Part shown: in pieces, positions 62,035 through 64,000 of the stretch | Layout: every line of letters begins with the position of its first letter | How positions within the stretch are numbered: the stretch's first letter is position 1 | Notes under the pieces: generated by a model | Databases searched by the model: none | What the model was told of the DNA's origin: nothing | The model's input: the letters and a program-made list of their open reading frames with translations, nothing else | Translations under genes and position numbers: made by a program | DNA from: an uncultured Candidatus Peribacteria bacterium | Lineage (GTDB): Bacteria; Patescibacteriota; Gracilibacteria; UM-FILTER-43-11 | Direction: 5' to 3' | Length of the DNA stretch: 64,000 bases | Assembly: GCA_964458485.1 (NCBI GenBank) | Contig: CAYWJA010000004.1 | Coordinates: 2,231-66,230, forward strand

Positions 62035-63861
62035 TTAGTTTTTATTATACAAAATATTGTACCCTCGCTCAAATGCCTCAATAGAAGCCGCAATTACATC
62101 GGGAGAGGTGGCAGTTGCAATAACTTTATTGTCCCTTTCATCTTTTAAGCTCATAGAAACCTCTACAGTTGCATCTGTACCACGTTGATCGATTTTTACA
62201 TCATAATCAGTAAGCCAGTATTTCATCAATTTTTCCCTTACGATGGTTTTCCGAACAGCTTTCATAATTGCATCAACAGGCCCTACTCCGGCTGCACTGG
62301 TTTCACATATTCCATTGTCTTTTATTTTTACCTTTACGCTGGCACAAGCTTGATCATTTTTAGATGTACTAACACTAAAATCCATCACTTTTATAAGTTT
62401 TTTAGAATCAGGCACAGTTTTTAAAATATCTTCAATAACATGCTGAAGATCCGACTTTACCATTTCCTTACCTTTCTTAAAGAATTGTCCAACTTCTTTA
62501 TATAAAGCATTCGCATATCTTGCAGATAAATTCAATTTGAACTTCTTTTTAACTACATCAGATAGCTGCCTTTTTGTTGGCTGCTTATTCCATAAAATTT
62601 CAATTTTGTCTTTTTCCAAAGTAGATTGAATGTTATAAAGCTTCATCCTTAAATATCTATCCACCTCATCAACATTCGGTTCAATAGAAGGAGGGGATGG
62701 CAGGGTTTTGAGTACGGTTAGCGGATCCTTTAGGCCATTTCCCGTAGCTATGCAAACCACAACATCATCTTTTTTTATTTTTTTAGATTTCACAAGTTTT
62801 TTTAGCCCGGCAAGTGCAAGAGCCGCAGAAGGTTCAACAAAAATAGATTCTTTCTTGGCCAATTCTTTTTCAGCCTCCAAAGTTTCTCCGTCACTCACTT
62901 CGATAGCCATACCTTTAGTTTTATAAATTGCATTAAGCACCTTTAATCCATCAAGCGGATAACTTACAGCAACAGCAGAAGATAGGGTTTTAGGTTTTTC
63001 AATAGATTTTAATTTGCGGGTTTTCTTTTTAAAAGATTCCACTACAACATTAGCCCCCTTTGGTTGTACGCCCACAATTTTAGGCATTTTATCTATAAAA
63101 CCAAGTTCATAAAATTCTCTTATTCCCTTATATATTGCGGTCAAATTAGTACCACATCCAATAGGAGCAATAACAAAATCCGGTGCCTTCCAAAAAAGCT
63201 GTTCCACAATTTCATAACCCTGAGATTTTTGACCTTCGCCCCTAAAAACATAGTCTCCAGCCAAATAAAATCCATGTTTTTTGGCGATTTTTTCCGCAAG
63301 CTTCGCACATTCACTATAAGTAGCACGAACCTGAATTACGCGCGCACCATAAGCAAGGGTCTGAGAAAGTTTACCAAGTGGTGTCCCTTCCGGGACTATA
63401 ATGTAGGCTGGTATTTCAGCGCGTGATGAATAAGCTGCAATAGAGGCTGCCATATTACCTGTTGATGCAACCACTATTGCCTTTGCGCCCATTTCCATAG
63501 CCTTAGTTACCTCTACCATACTTCCTCTGTCTTTAAATCCTCCAGTTGGATTAGATGTTTCATCTTTAAAATATAATTTTTTTAAACCAAGCTCTTTAGC
63601 TATTTTTTTACTCTTCTTTAATGCGGTACCTCCTTCATCTAAGCTAACGAGCTTGTTTAAATTAGCTATTGGGTAAAAATCCAAATATTTTGTAGCCGCA
63701 ATTGGAGCATTTTTTAAAGCATAAAAATTAAGATGACTTTTTATATAGCCATAGTCATATTCAGCATCCAGCGGGCCTTCACACTTAAGGCAATGGCTGG
63801 ATGTCTTTTTTTCATCCCAATATTTCCCGCAGGAAACGCATTTTAATTTGTAGAATTTCAT
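62035..63861 (-). CDS. Threonine-synthase-like PLP enzyme with N-terminal zinc ribbon, fused to a C-terminal LeuA/CimA-type regulatory (LeuA_dimer) domain
   Basis: CVSCG...CLKCEG ribbon and the PLP-lysine motif NPTGGFKDRG (ThrC-like, fold type II). The last ~130 aa match the allosteric domain of isopropylmalate/citramalate synthases: AAGVGPVDAIMKAV...LTDYDVKIDQRGTDATVEVSMSL...SPDVIAASIEAFERGYN. Confidence 0.85.
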   Translation of the reverse strand: MKFYKLKCVSCGKYWDEKKTSSHCLKCEGPLDAEYDYGYIKSHLNFYALKNAPIAATKYLDFYPIANLNKLVSLDEGGTALKKSKKIAKELGLKKLYFKDETSNPTGGFKDRGSMVEVTKAMEMGAKAIVVASTGNMAASIAAYSSRAEIPAYIIVPEGTPLGKLSQTLAYGARVIQVRATYSECAKLAEKIAKKHGFYLAGDYVFRGEGQKSQGYEIVEQLFWKAPDFVIAPIGCGTNLTAIYKGIREFYELGFIDKMPKIVGVQPKGANVVVESFKKKTRKLKSIEKPKTLSSAVAVSYPLDGLKVLNAIYKTKGMAIEVSDGETLEAEKELAKKESIFVEPSAALALAGLKKLVKSKKIKKDDVVVCIATGNGLKDPLTVLKTLPSPPSIEPNVDEVDRYLRMKLYNIQSTLEKDKIEILWNKQPTKRQLSDVVKKKFKLNLSARYANALYKEVGQFFKKGKEMVKSDLQHVIEDILKTVPDSKKLIKVMDFSVSTSKNDQACASVKVKIKDNGICETSAAGVGPVDAIMKAVRKTIVREKLMKYWLTDYDVKIDQRGTDATVEVSMSLKDERDNKVIATATSPDVIAASIEAFERGYNILYNKN

Positions 63862-63880
63862 GAGTAGTTTTTAATTTATA

Positions 63881-63942
63881 GTTTTTAATTTTTAATTATA
63901 CTACTAGATTCGCTGATTAAATAACAATTAAAAATTAAAAAA
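63881..63942. repeat. Hairpin built from tttttaattt words upstream of the ThrC-like gene
   Basis: In gtttttaatttttaatt (63881-63897), 16 of 17 nt are complementary to aattaaaaattaaaaaa (63926-63942). The word family matches the 31404/31828 inverted repeat. Confidence 0.8.
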
Positions 63943-64000
63943 TCCACCTTCCTGGCGGATCCAATTTACTTAATTATTTCTATTCTCAGCAAATTATCCG

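Noticed and set aside
1-64000. An alternative genetic code (UGA recoding, as in Gracilibacteria/SR1).
   Set aside because: Well-supported genes terminate at TGA. Examples are cysS at 3731-3733 and ORF 55572-56156. Conserved proteins are full length under the standard code.

Overview
This is a 64-kb chromosomal segment of a low-GC, gene-dense bacterium. It uses the standard genetic code: ORFs end in TGA, TAA or TAG, and one coding line I counted (40501-40560) has 21/60 G+C. I can support about 60 protein genes and one tRNA-Ser(GCU). I see no rRNA, CRISPR array, transposase or integrase.

Gene content is mostly housekeeping:
- Translation and RNA turnover: cysS, a LysRS::HD fusion, a beta-CASP nuclease and RNase J.
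- Replication and repair: mfd, and dnaN followed by an AT-rich DnaA-box region that is a candidate oriC with no dnaA beside it.
- Metabolism: prs, ribD, acs, two type-I GAPDH paralogues and a PPi-PFK/gap/fba block.
- Competence and pilus parts: comM/yifB, a prepilin peptidase and a ComEC protein with only the MBL domain.
- Envelope: a class-A PBP, an SLH-sortase with an LPQTG/FN3 surface protein, LemA, SPFH, an FtsQ-like protein, a DD-carboxypeptidase, a LysM-M23 peptidase and yidD.
- A minus-strand branched-chain amino-acid block: a ThrC-like::LeuA-regulatory-domain fusion, ilvE, ilvD, ilvB, ilvN, a racemase, an orphan, a cupin and ilvC, with ridA nearby.

The repertoire resembles CPR/Patescibacteria-type genomes: a four-helix-bundle '23S IVS' protein, many orphan acidic proteins, and no Shine-Dalgarno motifs. 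That assignment is inference only.

The most unusual signals are non-genic:
1. Almost every intergenic spacer is built from tandem 7-16-nt word arrays. These often sit as opposed arrays and often touch the start codon.
2. Many spacers, and at least three coding regions (cysS, ribD, the lysS-HD junction), carry GC-rich hairpins. The intergenic ones and the ribD copy are bracketed by locus-specific direct repeats that look like target-site duplications.
3. Two single genes are enclosed by long inverted repeats. One is the four-helix-bundle gene. The other is a strongly GC-rich, apparently foreign lipoprotein gene.
4. The 3' ends of tRNA-Ser and of acs are each duplicated downstream, and the copies bracket small orphan-gene segments.

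The protein-level oddities are the LysRS-HD fusion and the threonine-synthase-like enzyme fused to a LeuA/CimA-type regulatory domain at the head of the ilv block.
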